A stretch of DNA of 62,554 nt, filler included, from Basidiobolus ranarum (GCA_040143965.1; 34 parts of 34 records of this genome joined end to end with filler, not necessarily neighbours in it); one strand, 5' to 3'. Counted from the first letter of the whole stretch, positions 1 to 13,031 are shown. Program-made: numbers and translations. Notes: generated by a model from the sequence alone, not told the origin.

Positions 1-544
1 TACTATTTCGTAGTCGTACAGAACTAAATTAACTCAGCTTTAGACTGAATTTGGATGGCATTACGAGCACTATGAGTTAAGAGATTTTTTTAATTTGATC
101 CATGATTCATCTATTTAATTTCAGTACAAATTCGTGTATTTGACTTTGTAATCGACATTATGCACGCAATGATCACACTGTTGATCGAAACACAAATTAG
201 GGTTAGGGTTAAAGATCCACAAAATATCATCAAACCAACTCGAACTTGAAAATCATTTGAGTATTGTAAAATAGTAATACTTATACCTTCGATTATAACT
301 ATTCAAAGTCCGTCTTCAAGCCTTTACTGGCTTTAGCCTACATACTTCAACGTAGTGTCATTTCATAGCAATATTTAGTTACTTCTATATAACTATCACT
401 TGTTCTTCATCTGCTGAAATAAATGAAGCCACAACCCGCAAGTGTGGACATGGATCTTAATCATGAAAGGTTTGAACGATTACGTTGAATCAAATGTCTT
501 TTATCTACATCAATTTATATTCCCTTATTCACGTCATAATAACT

Positions 545-1739
545 ATGAAATTTAGCACCCACAACCACTATGCTAGTACTTTAACCTCAGCGATGGCCTA
601 CTATCAATCCCTTTCTTCCGTTACTACTGGTTGGAGGCCCGTTAGTATGCCTCCATCTGGTTCCAAATTCCCAGTTCACATTGCAAAGCGTACTGTTCCT
701 GGGAAAACAACCGAGGTAGTTCGAGGAACAGCTCTTATTAAAGGAAAGGAGTTCGCTTTGGATGATTGGAAGGCTGTGTTGGAATGTACAGGTGCTCGTA
801 AGATATGTACGTATCAATTTTTCAAGGGAAATTACAATAGAAATATCTGAACTTAGCGAAATTCCTCATAGGGGATAAATTTGTTGAAAGTTCTTCCATG
901 CTTGAAACTTTAAATCCAAATACTCGAATCACTAGGACGATATTAAAGACTGGTTGGCCTAAAAGGTAAAGTTTTCCATTCCTCTCCCTAATGAAAATTA
1001 ACCTTTCACTCATTATGTATTCAATTTTTTTTATCGTTATAGTCAGCGAGATTTGGTCGTAATTGAAAACACAATGATAGAAGATGATAAGGTGCTCTTT
1101 ATTGCCACATCAATCCCATCCACATCTAACGACCCGGTCTTCTTACGAAAAGCACCGAATTACATACGAGCTAATTTGGATTTAATGGCCATTTGTATTG
1201 AAACAGTCACCAAATCTCCAGCTGACAATGGCTCTCTCTCCGAGCTTGGAATGGTTATCCATAAAGCCCTACAGGTGACCGTCTACTATCAAGTGGACTT
1301 GAAAGGCTGGAAATCATCATCCTCAGTGGCACTTCAATCACCGCTATGTATTAATGAGATCTATTCATATCTAAATGATTTTGGAGTACCGCCGCATGTA
1401 TTCAGATATGGCAAATGGATTCAAGTGAACCAGAACGATTACCACCATGAAGATCGTTTGTTTGAATTGAGTTACTCAGTGGTTGAAATCGACGATATCG
1501 ATGCTTCCAATTTTGGTAGTAAAGGAAGTTCCAGTGGTTCGGAGTTGGATTTAGATGATATCATTGAGATTAGTATAGATGGAGAAAGATGGTGCTCGGG
1601 AAATGTTCAGGCTCATATCTCTGTAAATGGGAAGGAGGATCCTCAGTTCGTACAAGATTGTGTAGAGTGCTTTAAGCATCCAGGGATTATGATGGGAAGT
1701 TTAGTGATGATCGGTTTTCCATCAGCGGACCAAAGCTAA
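545..1739 (+). CDS. START/SRPBCC lipid-binding domain protein; exons about 545-806, 872-965, 1043-1739
   Basis: Introns GTACGT..CATAG (807-871) and GTAAAG..TATAG (966-1042) join three segments in frame. The product reads VLECTGARKIWDKFVESS...KTGWPKSQRDLVV...YIRANL...VTVYYQVDLKGW, which fits START motifs (R..WD, WP..RD.V, QVDLKGW). The 3' end is uncertain because the stop is 12 bp from the contig end. Confidence 0.75.
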
Positions 1740-1751
1740 CCAGATATAAAG

Positions 1752-1851
1752 NNNNNNNNNNNNNNNNNNNNNNNNNNNNNNNNNNNNNNNNNNNNTTAAT
1801 TAATTAANNNNNNNNNNNNNNNNNNNNNNNNNNNNNNNNNNNNNNNNNNNN
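1752..1851. other. Artificial contig spacer (44 N + TTAATTAATTAA + 44 N), first of 33
   Basis: The identical 100-bp block recurs every ~1.84 kb (3603, 5453, 7302 ... 60720). The 12-mer puts stops in all six frames, and the contigs shrink steadily in size. Confidence 0.99.
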
Positions 1852-1890
1852 ATCCCCCATGTACACCCTTCTCACAATATACTCAAGTCA

Positions 1891-3490
1891 CTAGTATATG
1901 GGAAGAATTGGGCTTGCCCAAATTTTCCAAAGGTCAGATCTCTGACCTTTGACATCCCTGAGGAAGAGACACTGTTTCCAACATTATAACACAGCCTATT
2001 CTAGCTTTCATAATTTTTATGAATTTAGAGAAATTTCTCAGATATTGAATATTTTTTTAATTTTTGTAAATTTGCAAGTCTCTGGGAAATCAAAGTGCAG
2101 ATGTTTTCCTTCAGACTCTGAAAGCTTTTAAGTATTATAATTTTACCATAAGTAAACTGGCTACTTTTTAGCTTAATAATTCATAAATTACTTATTGAGA
2201 ATATGCTTTATAAACTATTGAGAGTAATGAGGAAACTCAATTAACATTATGAATCAGTAATATTTGTAAGAACTTTGTGATGTTTACAAGATTAAATAAA
2301 GAAGAAAGTGAATATTAGATATATCATAATTATATTACAAATCTAGAAATATTGAAAGTGTTGATAAAAGCTTTCTACTCATGTTTTACAAATATTGACA
2401 TACTACTAGCACTAAGCTCCATACATGTTTATTTATATACAAAACAACAAAATAGTCATTAAAATAAACTTTTGGACTATGTACCCTGTGCAGCACAAAG
2501 GTGCTACAAATTTAAAATGTTGTATAAAGTGCAATGTATTTGTAACTAAGGTATTCTAAATAATATAAATAAAAGCAACGTGCACTATAGAACCCTCTAT
2601 AATTTCAAAAACATACTTACTTTCAAGCTGCGTAGTACTGGAAACATGCCTTTATGCATTGCCCCTGATTTTATAGGGGCTATATTGGTGGTAGACTGTC
2701 AACACACACTACAAATGTGAGCCTCTTCCTAAAAACTTGTTTACTTCCATAGTATGTATAACTGTTACCACATCATTATATTGTATCTCTGACTTTACAG
2801 GAGTCACAAAGACTGCTCATCCCTCAACATGCACTACAAACGTAAGCCTCTTTTTAAAAGCATATTTACTTTTGGCATGTATAGCTGATACCATGTCATT
2901 ATTTTTTACCTTTGACTTTACAGGAGTTACAAAGACCACTCATCCCTCAACACGCACTACAAATGTGAGTCTCTTTTTAAAAACATATTTACTTTTGGCA
3001 TGCATATAACTGATACCACATCATTATTTTTTACCTTTGACTTTATAGGAGTTACAAAGACCGCTCATCCCTTGACGTGCACTACAAACATGAGCCTCTT
3101 TTTAAAAACATATTTACTTTTGGTGTGCGTATAACAGATACCACATAATTATTTTTCCCCTATGATTTTAAAGGAGTTTCAAAGACCACTCATCCCTCAA
3201 TGCATACTACAAATGTGAGCCTCTTTTTAAAAACATATTTACTTTTTGTGTGCATATAACTTAGACCATGTTATGATATTTTTTACTTTTGAATTTAAAG
3301 GAGTTACAAAGACTTCTCATCCCTTGATGCACACTACAAACATGAGTCTCTTTTTAAAAACATACTAACTTTTGGCATGCATATAACACATACCCTGTAA
3401 TGATATTTCACTTTTGACTTTATTGGGGTTACAAGATTATACATCTCTAATGCACACTACAAATGTCAGTCACTTTTTTATAAAAACCTG
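1891..3490 (-). mobile_element. Non-autonomous Helitron-like element, 3' end at 1891
   Basis: The minus strand reads hairpin TTGGGC-AA-GCCCAA (1908-1921), 13 nt, CTAG (1891-1894), then T, the canonical Helitron 3' end. A second perfect 10-bp palindrome lies at 1929-1950. The 5' end is not seen. Confidence 0.6.
2700..3480. repeat. Tandem array of ~124-bp units, about 6-7 diverged copies
   Basis: The anchor CACTACAAA..TGAGCCTCTTTTTAAAAACATATTTACTTTTGG recurs near 2708, 2833, 2955, 3080, 3205, 3333 and 3456. Confidence 0.92.
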
Positions 3491-3493
3491 AGT

Positions 3494-3602
3494 TGTGTCC
3501 AAGAGAAAAGTGGATAAAAAGTCTTGAACTTTACTGAACCAAAGAAACAGTTAAGTGCAGAATCTTAGAACTGTTTAAGCAGGATATATAAGCAGAGCAG
3601 AT
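3494..3602 (+). repeat. Dispersed repeat (family E) starting TGTGTCCAAGAG, possibly an LTR; second copy at 7101-7301
   Basis: About 110 bp are near-identical to 7101-7210. Both copies start at TG, contain TATATAA and run to the contig end. Confidence 0.7.
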
Positions 3603-3702
3603 NNNNNNNNNNNNNNNNNNNNNNNNNNNNNNNNNNNNNNNNNNNNTTAATTAATTAANNNNNNNNNNNNNNNNNNNNNNNNNNNNNNNNNNNNNNNNNN
3701 NN

Positions 3703-5262
3703 GAGCCCGGTAAGGTTTCAACATGATTGCTGATATCAATTCACCAAACAGTCAGTCTAACATCAAACTTGGTGTTAGCCATAAGCCTAAGATTATATAG
3801 CCAAAGGGGATCAGCAGGAGCCAGAGCTTCCCATTAGGCACTATGCACTTACTATTTAACAATATTTGGATACTACTTACTAAGCTATATATTGGAAAAT
3901 TCAATTTGAATTAGCCATTCAAGATAGGATCAAAGTGTGAGTTAATTGGAAAATACTTGAAAACATCAAGATACCTTCATATTTTACAAGGACTCCCATC
4001 AATATATGCTCATCCATGCATTTATTCAAATGCAAAGACTGGAAGTATTGAATTTGTATACATTCAAGTGGAATTTTGAAAAGATTTCTGCCTGATGAGT
4101 ATTGGCTACATTTGGAGTTGTTTCTCAGTATTGTTAATATATTCTTATGGCATCAACTCACATTGGCAGATCTCAGGCAGATACTGTGACTGTGCAAAGA
4201 TTTTGATATTAAATATGAAAAACTTTACTACAGGTTGAAAGAAGATGGACTGAATCTATGTTAGTATTCAACACATTCCCTGCTGCATCTTTCACAATGC
4301 TTAGAGATTTTAGGCCCTTGCTATACATTTTGGGAGTTCCCAATGAAGTGCACCTGTGGTGAAATAATGCTAAGTGTGAAATTGTCAGTTTTACCATTTG
4401 CTAATTGTTAAAGCATTTGGGAGCCTGTTGGAAATGTATTGGAGAAATAGAGGAATTGGTGGTTTTCACTTATTTATTTATTGAGTAGAAAGTTGACATT
4501 TGTAGTTTTGTCAAGATGTAAACAAACTAACATGTAGAATGTGTTAAGGAAGGTCCCAGGAACATGTGTGCAGAGTTTAGGGCTTCTAGCACAAGTTTGA
4601 AAATATACATATTTATCTGAGAATTTGTGGGTTGGTAAAGATATTCCAAGTAAATTCTGATTGAGAATAATTGATAATAGCTTAGTAAGTTATAAGATTA
4701 TCAAGTACTGAGTTATGTATGACTATATAGATGTTTAGGGAATGCTAATTTCAACACTAGTCTGACTAACAATGTATCAGCAAAATCAGTGATGGATGTA
4801 ATGCAATGGGTTAAGGAGACTCCAGAGCATATTACCCTTCCAACAAAGGGCTCAATTCAATGTGCTTACTGGTTTTTGCATTGTTTGAGCACAATAAAGG
4901 CAACAAAGCCCAATCCATGGACACAGAGTAGGTACCTCTATAATTTGGACTAAATTGTTTGTGTAATAATCTGACAGTATTGTTACAAAAGCTGCAAGAC
5001 AGACTTCTTGGTGAGATAGATCAAGATACACAGTATTATTGTTTTAGCCTTGGGTTAATCTATTCAGGCTATGACACATCCACTTGTGGCAGGACATTTG
5101 TTGACCGCAAGTTGGGGATATATTGGCTGAATTCTTTGCAGAAGTTTCACAAAATCCAAGAACTTATTCTCATTGTCAAAGCTAACAAGAGTCAGCTATT
5201 TGCCAAGTGTCAGTGTTCTTTAAAATTTCAGATGATTAGCAATTTTTCCACCATTTGTTTAC
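3703..5262 (+). mobile_element. CACTA/CMC transposase pseudogene (middle to C-terminus), split by a solo LTR
   Basis: Remnants of FPLGTMH, FKCKDWKYW, HSLLH and FWEFPM with stops and frameshifts; homologous to many other copies in the window. Confidence 0.85.
4406..4756 (-). mobile_element. Solo LTR, copia family A, with 5-bp TSD CTAAT/CTAGT
   Basis: TGTTA...TCAACA termini. Removing it restores the transposase consensus GCTAATCTGATTAACAATG seen near 8251. Confidence 0.9.
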
Positions 5263-5552
5263 TGGTAGAGATAAACAGAGTAGCAAAATATTGGAAGATA
5301 CCCACCAGATAGCTGGAAGAATGTTGATTCCCCAACATTGATGTAATAGTGGGCTTTGATGGAGATGTTGATACAAACTTGTGTTGGGTATGAGCTAAAC
5401 CTTGGGTATGAAGAACTATATAAAAATATTCAGGAGAATATATCAAAGAGACNNNNNNNNNNNNNNNNNNNNNNNNNNNNNNNNNNNNNNNNNNNNTTAA
5501 TTAATTAANNNNNNNNNNNNNNNNNNNNNNNNNNNNNNNNNNNNNNNNNNNN

Positions 5553-5840
5553 ATGTTGCCTAATTCGTTAACTTCACCATAAAAGTCGTCAAATCTGTTG
5601 CTCCTCTTGGTGCGGTTCTAGTTGATGCGGTTTATGCAAAACTTAAAAAATTCAACATTACTTGGCAAGCCATGGCTACTCTCCACGAAGGTCAAACCGG
5701 GAAGGTTGTGGAGGACATTTGTGATCTTGATGTAAATAGCTCTCAGATCAAGTATTATAAGGATATATTGACACGTTATATTGGTCGTCCCTTGACAAAA
5801 TATTATGATGAACATATGATCAAATACCTGGGTTTGGTTG
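5553..5840 (+). CDS. Host gene fragment of unknown function
   Basis: CpG-retaining open frame (...AVLVDAVYAKLKKFNITWQAMATLHEG...YYDEHMIKYLG), followed by intron-like sequence and an LTR. No family recognised. Confidence 0.35.
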
Positions 5841-5927
5841 TAAGATTTACACTGATATCTCCAGAAAGAAGTCTAAGGTTGATGCTCTTTTTGTTTTTGT
5901 TGAATCTACTTTGATTTGGGCAGTAAG

Positions 5928-6274
5928 TGTTAAAGTACTTGGGAGCCTGTTGGAAGTTGTTTGAAGAATTAGAGAAATTGGTGGCTTTCCCTTATTGATT
6001 TATTGAGTTGAAAGTTGACATATAGAGTTTTGTCAAGATGTAAGCAAACTAACGTGTAGAGTAGGTCAAGGTAGATCCCAGGAACATGTGTGTAAAGTTG
6101 GGGGTATCTAGCACAAGTTTGAAAAATTGAGATATCTGTGAACCTTTAAGTTGGTAAAAATATTTCAAGTAAATTCCAATGAGAGTAATGGGTAATAGCA
6201 TAGTGAAATATAAGATAACTGAACACTAAACTATATATGACTATACAGGTGCTTAGCCAATGCTAATTTAAACA
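5928..6274 (-). mobile_element. LTR, copia family A
   Basis: Full-length match to 4406-4756 with TG...CA ends; no clear TSD. Confidence 0.88.
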
Positions 6275-7401
6275 AAGAGGACTTGCTTTCTCTGGTTGAA
6301 TTTTTGCCTTGCCCAGTCTGTAATTATATAAATACAATGCTACCAAAAACACTCAGATTAAGTGCATAGGTTTATTAATGGACTTGGTGTGACATATGTT
6401 GTAGTCAGGCATTTGATATAGAGCAGTCAAAATGCTATATGGAGAGTATGTGGCAAGCCTGCATTTGTGTAACAAGTGTGATGACAGAAACAGGGTCTCA
6501 GAATTCATTTTATCTAGTGATAAGAATATCCACCTATTTTAGCCATGTTTAGCATTCTTTTGCATGAGATAAATGCCTAAAAGCTATTGTAAGGCTATTT
6601 TTTAATATCTCTCACCTCTCACTATCAAGACAATCAGTAGCTGCTCATTGCCTACCTATGTCCCTATTTATATTTGATTGAAGTATTTCTGACCAGTTTC
6701 TCTAACTTGATTGATTCTGCCATGGGTGCTTGAGATAAAATGATTTTATAGTCAAAGGTAATGAATTTGTAGGCATATGTAACAGGAAGTACAAAGATTA
6801 CTACCTTCCAGAGTATGAGACCAGTTGTGACATTTTTATAATACTCTTAGTACCCCATGTCAGAACCCCAATGAAACTTTCACTGGACTTGTTCCATTGT
6901 GCCAAGATTTATTGGACCTTGGATTAATATATTAGAGTAAATGTGATTGAAATTGATCAAGACAGAGGGTGATGGATAGTGCCTAATTGTGCTACATAAG
7001 TTTTGGAATACTTTATCCAATATGATATATATAGCACAATCTGGCACTATCACAGTGAACAAGTCCACTACTTATCATGTGGTTATTTATTACTGAGTGT
7101 TGTGTCCAAGAGAAAAGTGGATAAAAAGTCTTGAACTTTACTGAACCAAAGAAAACAGTTAAGTGCGGAATCTTAGAACTGTTTAAGCAGGATATATAAG
7201 CAGAGCAGATCTAACTAATATATGTCTTGGGAATAGCAGTGGGTTGCTATGTTATGGTAGAGAGTAGGTTTGCTAGGCAGCTAGGCTTGGTGTTCTGTAG
7301 ANNNNNNNNNNNNNNNNNNNNNNNNNNNNNNNNNNNNNNNNNNNNTTAATTAATTAANNNNNNNNNNNNNNNNNNNNNNNNNNNNNNNNNNNNNNNNNNN
7401 N

Positions 7402-7580
7402 GATTCAGTGCTTTTAGATCATTTGTGGCTAGAATCAAGTCATCCACATATAGTGCCAAGATCAGGATGCTATTTCCGGCTGTTTTGAAGTAAATACTGT
7501 GATCTGCTGTGCGTTTTCAGAACTTCAATGAGTCCAAATAGGTATTGATCTTGTTGTACCATGCCCTCGGTGCTTGCTTG
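7402..7580 (-). mobile_element. Copia RT fragment
   Basis: The minus strand encodes a KQAPRAWYNKINTYL...ADHSIY-like RT segment. Confidence 0.75.
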
Positions 7581-8772
7581 CTGATATCAATTCACCACAT
7601 AGTCAGTCTAACATCAAGCTTGGTATTAGCCATAAGCCTAAGATTATATTGCTAAAGGGGATCAGCTGGGGCCAGAGCTTCCCATTAGGCACTATGCACT
7701 TACTATTCAACAACATTCCAATACTATTTACTCAGCTATATAGTTGAAATTTCAATATGAATGAGCCATTTGGGATAGGATCAAAGTGTGAATCAATTGG
7801 GAAAATGCTTGAAAACATCAATATACCTTCATATTTTACCAGGACTCCCATCAATATCCACTCATCTAGGCCTTTATTCAAATGCAAAGACTGGAAGTAT
7901 TGGATTTTTATGTATTCCAGTGGAATTTTGAAAAGATTTCTGCCTGATAAGTATTGGCAGCACTGGGATTGTTTGTCAATATTGTTAATATATTCTTATG
8001 GCATCATCTCACATTAGCAGATCTCAGCCTGATACAGCAACTGTGCAAAGATTTTGTAATTGGATATGAGAAACTTTATTACAGGTTTAAAGAAGATAGA
8101 CTCAATCTATGCTGGTATTCAAAACATTCCCTGCTGCATCTCTTACAGTTCTCAGAGATTATAGGCCCTTGCTATACATTCTGGGAGTTCCCAATGGAGT
8201 GCAACTGTGGTGCAATGATGCTCCATATGAAACTGTCAGTATTACTGTATGCTAATCTGATTAACAATGCATCAGCAAATCAGTGATGGATGTAATGTGA
8301 TGGGTTAAGGAGACTCCAGAATATATAAACCTTCTAACTTAGGGCACTTTTCAATGAGCTCACTTGTTTTTGCATTGTTTGAGCACAATAACTGCAACAA
8401 AGCCCAATCCATGGACAGAGAGTAAGTACCTCTATAATTTGGACTAATTTGTTTGCGTAATAATCTGATGGTATTTTTAGTAAAGCTGCAAGACAGAACT
8501 CTGGGTGAGATAGATTTAAATATACATTATTATCATTTAAGCCATGGGGTAATATATTCAAGCAATGACACATATAATTGTAATGGGACATTTGTTGACT
8601 GCAAGTTGGGGATATATTGGCTGAATTCTTTATGGAAATTTGCCAAAATCCAAGAGCTTATTGTCATTGTGAATGGTAACAAGAGTCAGCTATTTGCCAA
8701 GTGTCAGTGCTATTCAAAATTTCAGATGTTTAGCAATTTTTCCACTGTTAGTTTGCTGGTAAAGGAAATTGA
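7581..8772 (+). mobile_element. CACTA/CMC transposase pseudogene (C-terminal half)
   Basis: ORF pieces 7757-8824 contain FKCKDWKYW, HSLLH and FWEFPMECNCG. Confidence 0.88.
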
Positions 8773-9149
8773 CCCTATCAGAAATTTGAGGATTGTTATC
8801 ATAGGAAAACTGTCACAATTTTAATCCATTTGGGATTGACTGCTTACTTACTGTCATAAAATCATCAAGTTAGATTGGATTTTAATCAATTTTTTCAGTT
8901 TCAGAAGTGAAATTTCAAGATCTTGCAAAATAGTTGTGCATGATTGGCTAAAATCTCAGAGAACTATGGATCAACACATGTGCAAAAAAAGTAACTCAAA
9001 TTTTACACAATTATCACTTGAACACTAATTTGTCACCTTTGAAATCCCTAGTCTCTTTGATATATTCTTCTGACTATTTTTGTAGAGTTCTTTATACCTA
9101 AGGTTTAGCTCATACCCAACGCAAGTTTGTATCAATTTCTCCATCAAAG
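8773..9149 (+). mobile_element. CACTA left terminus (CCCTATCAGAAAT) plus the 3' end of the second ORF on the minus strand, nested in a transposase copy
   Basis: Same terminal sequence as the ends at 27732, 39532 and 46761; abrupt junction inside the transposase. Confidence 0.8.
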
Positions 9150-9249
9150 NNNNNNNNNNNNNNNNNNNNNNNNNNNNNNNNNNNNNNNNNNNNTTAATTA
9201 ATTAANNNNNNNNNNNNNNNNNNNNNNNNNNNNNNNNNNNNNNNNNNNN

Positions 9250-9390
9250 TAATATATTCTACACATTAGTTTGTTGACATCTTGACAAAACTATAAATGT
9301 CAACTTTCTACTCAATAAATCAATAAGTGAAAACCACCAATTCCTCTAATTCTCCAAACCTCTTCCAACAGGCTCCCAAATACTTTAACA
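9250..9390 (+). mobile_element. LTR end, copia family A, inserted in a copia RT
   Basis: Reverse complement of the family A LTR, ending TTTAACA at 9390. Confidence 0.85.
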
Positions 9391-10996
9391 ATCTTGAATT
9401 GGACTGATAGATCTCTTTTGGTGTTCCTGATAGCCTTATCATTATTGATAGCTATAATCAGATCATCTACATATAAGGCAAGTAACACCTTACTGTCCTT
9501 ATCTATCTTACAGTAGATTCCACAATCCACCATACTCTTTTGGAAGTCAGGTGTTTCCAAGTATGTTACTATCTTAGTGTACCAGGCCCTGGGTGATTGT
9601 TTAAGTCCATAAAGTGATTTTTGAAGTTTACACATGTCCTCACAGTGCTTAGGATCCACAAAACCATCTGGTTGATCCATGAATATATCCTCTTCCAAGT
9701 CCCCATTCAAAAAAGCCGTTTTAACATCCTTTTGATGGATTTTCAAGCTGTGTTTGGCTGCTACTGCTAGTACAATTCTGATGGAATTAAACTTTACTAC
9801 AGGAGCAAATGTTTGACTGTAGTCCACTCCTTCCATTTGAGAGTATCCATTAGCCACAAGTCTGGCATTATATCTTTCTACAGATCCATCAACTTGCTAT
9901 TTAACCTTAAACACCCATTTGCATCCAATTGATTTTTGGCCATCAGGTAACTTAACAAAAGTCCAAGTTTGATTATCTATGAGTGACTGATACTCCTCAG
10001 CCATTGCAGCACTCCAAAACTTTGTGTTGGGACTCTCTATAGCCTCCTATAATGATTTGGGTTCATCAGAAAAGGCTAAATTAGCACTAGGCTCCATTTG
10101 GCTAGTGTGAGAGTAGTAATCAGGTGGAGATCTGATCTGATGGGATCTCCTAAGATGGAAAGTTGGCACTGCAACTTCTGGTACCAACTTAGGCAGTGAA
10201 ACCACCTCAGCTTGGTTGAGGAGACTGCGGTGAGGAATTTTCAATATTTTTCTCACTGATTAGGATCTGTTGAGAGAAAGAAGAATTTACATCAATTTTT
10301 GGTTGTTTTCTTGATCCTGGATTGTTTTGATTGAAAATTTTTCTTCTTCAGCAAATTCCATGTCCCTTGACTTGATTAGCCTCTTATTTTCAGTGTCATA
10401 TAGTCTGTACCCTTTTGTTCCATCACAATATCCCAAAAAAAGACATTTCTGGCTTTTTTGGTCTAATTTTGATCTCTTCTGGTCTGGAATCATTGCATAT
10501 GTGATACTTCCAAAAACTCTGAGATTAGCCACATCAGGTTTACTTCCAAACCAAGCTTGATAAGGTGTCATAGCTAATAAAGACATATAAGGACATATAT
10601 TCCTAATATATACTGCAGTTGCAAGCAATTCAGCCCAGAACTGTTTGGTACATCTTGATCATGAAGCATTGATCTTGCCTTTTCCATTATTAATCTGTTT
10701 CCAGATTCTGCTACTCCATTCTGCTGTGGGGAATATGGTACTGTAGTCTGCTGCTTTATCCCATGTGTTGAGCAGAAGTTAGAGAAGAGTTTTGTGGTAT
10801 ATTCCCCTCCATCATCAGTACGGATTATCTTAATCTTTTGACCTGTTTCAGTCTCCACCATTGCCCAGAATTTCTTGAAGGTATCAAAGGTTTCATCCTT
10901 ACTGGCCAGAAAGTACACCCAAGTATACTTTGTCTTATCATCAATAAAGGTCATAAACTACCTTTTTCTGCCTAAGGATTTTGTCTTCATTGGGCC
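9391..10996 (-). mobile_element. Ty1/copia pol remnant: integrase then RT
   Basis: Integrase IRTDDGGEY and YSPQQNGVAE; SH3-like CLFLGYC; RT DVKTAFLNG, LYGLKQSPRAW and LYVDDL. Integrase before RT is the copia order. Confidence 0.97.
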
Positions 10997-11131
10997 NNNN
11001 NNNNNNNNNNNNNNNNNNNNNNNNNNNNNNNNNNNNNNNNTTAATTAATTAANNNNNNNNNNNNNNNNNNNNNNNNNNNNNNNNNNNNNNNNNNNNGAGT
11101 TGCACAATCTGACCTGGTCCAATGGAACAAG

Positions 11132-11463
11132 TAATTTGACGGATATCACTAACAGAATCTGAAAAGTCAAGGTTTCTTTGAGAGCACATATGATTATGCA
11201 TTTGCATTGGCTCTGAATGGTTTCTCATTAAACAAATATATAGTTGAAAAGGCTTGCTGGCTAATAATTTTAATTAACTCAAATCTTCCTCCTTCTGAAC
11301 AGTATAAGAGTCATAATATTTTGGCACTATCCATCATATCTGGACCTAAATCCCCAGTGCTCATAGATAGCTTCTTGGAGTCTTTGATTGTGGTCTTTGA
11401 ATGGTCGTCTACTGGGGTATAGATGGATGAATATTTTATAAAAGCCAATATCATTGTATGTAT
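11132..11463 (+). mobile_element. CACTA/CMC transposase fragment
   Basis: ALNGFS, CWLIILIN, LPPSEQYK and GPKSP motifs (Tnp2/Transposase_21-like). Confidence 0.85.
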
Positions 11464-12843
11464 CCCTAACAAAAATAAAATTGATTTGATCCAAAGGAGA
11501 TCCACTCTCCAAAAGAGCAAAACCATCAGAGCACTGTCACAATATTAGTGGCTTGCATTCTGCCAGGGATGTTGATGCTTTGATGGTGGTTTCTTGAGGG
11601 TATCTTGACAGTATTCATACATGTTAAAATATTGATCCTCAAGTTTGGCATGCCTTATTCAATATCCGGCAATTTTTGCAAAAAGATAATTTTCAAATGG
11701 CAAATTACTGAGTTTACTGCTGTAATAATTTGAATCAATATGCATGCCTTTATTTAGTTATTTTAGGCTTTGTATTCCGGCCATAATGATGATCAAAAAA
11801 TACAAGAATCTTGTTGTGTTTAGTTTCTACATATGCACATACTTGACTGATTAGACATAACTCAATAACATCAATATGCTTTGCCAGCAAACTAATGGTG
11901 GAAAAATTGCTAAACATCTGAAATTTTGAATAGCACTGACACTTGGCAAATAGCTAACTCTGGTAACCATTCAAAATGAGATTTAGCTCTTGGATGTTGG
12001 TAAATTTCCATAAAGAATTCAGCTAATTTATCCCCAACTTGCAGTTAACAAATGTCCTGCCACAAGTAGATGTGTCATTGCTGGAATAGATTACCCCATG
12101 GCTAAAACCATAATATTGTGTATCTTGATCTATCTCACCAAGAAGTCTGTCTTGCAGCTTTCCTAAAATTACCATCAGATTATCACACAAGCAAATTAGT
12201 CTGATAATAGAGATACTTACTCTGTGTCCATGCATTTGGCTTTGTTACTGTTATTGTGCTCAAACAATGCAAAAACCCATGAGCAAATTGACAAGAGCCC
12301 TTTGTTGGGAAGTTAATATACTTGGGAGTCTCCTTAACCCATTGCATTACATCCATCACTGATTTTGCTGCTACATTAGTAATCAGCTTAGCATACAGTA
12401 ATACTGACAATTTCACACAAAGCATCATTTCACCACAGATGTGCTCCATTAGGAACTTCCAGAATGTATAGCAAGGGCCTATAATCTCTAAACATTTTGA
12501 AAGATGCAGTGGGGAATGTATTGAAAACTGGCATAGATTCAATCTATCTTCTTTAAACCTGTAATAAAGTTTTTCTATCCAGTTAAAAAATCTTTGCACA
12601 GTTGCTGTATCTGCCTGAGATCTGCCAATGTGAGCTTATGCCATAAGAATATATTAACAATATCAACAAACAACTCCCAATGTTGCCAATACTTATCAGG
12701 CAGAAACCTTTTCAAAATTCCACTCAAATAAATACAAATCCAATACTTCCTGTCTTTGCATTTTAATAAATGCCTGAATGAGTGGATATTGATAGGAGTC
12801 CTGGTAAAATATGATGGTATTGTGATGTTTTCAAGCATTTTCC
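11464..12843 (-). mobile_element. CACTA right terminus plus transposase C-terminus, nested in another copy
   Basis: CCCTAACAAAAATAAAAT terminus at 11464, followed by reverse-strand transposase remnants. Confidence 0.88.
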
Positions 12844-13031
12844 NNNNNNNNNNNNNNNNNNNNNNNNNNNNNNNNNNNNNNNNNNNNTTAATTAATTAAN
12901 NNNNNNNNNNNNNNNNNNNNNNNNNNNNNNNNNNNNNNNNNNNTCACCCTCTGGCATGATCAATTTCAATCACATTTACTCTAATATATTGATCCAAGGT
13001 CCGATAAATCTTGGCACAATGGAACAAGTCC

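Noticed and set aside
1796-1807. Regularly spaced TTAATTAATTAA suggesting a CRISPR-like or periodic repeat
   Set aside because: Always embedded in fixed N runs; it is an artificial linker. ORFs ending in X-runs, LIN or N are artefacts of it.
2737-3009. Repetitive hydrophobic ORF
   Set aside because: Incidental translation of the ~124-bp array; unit lengths vary and break the frame.
2700-3480. CRISPR array
   Set aside because: Whole units are homologous with no unique spacers, and the context is eukaryotic.
7757-8824. Stop-codon reassignment or programmed frameshifting in TE ORFs
   Set aside because: Stops and frameshifts fall at different positions in different copies, which fits mutational decay.
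9312-9400. Novel C-terminal extension of copia RT (VFGSLLEEVWRIRGIGGF)
   Set aside because: Read-through into an inserted family A LTR.
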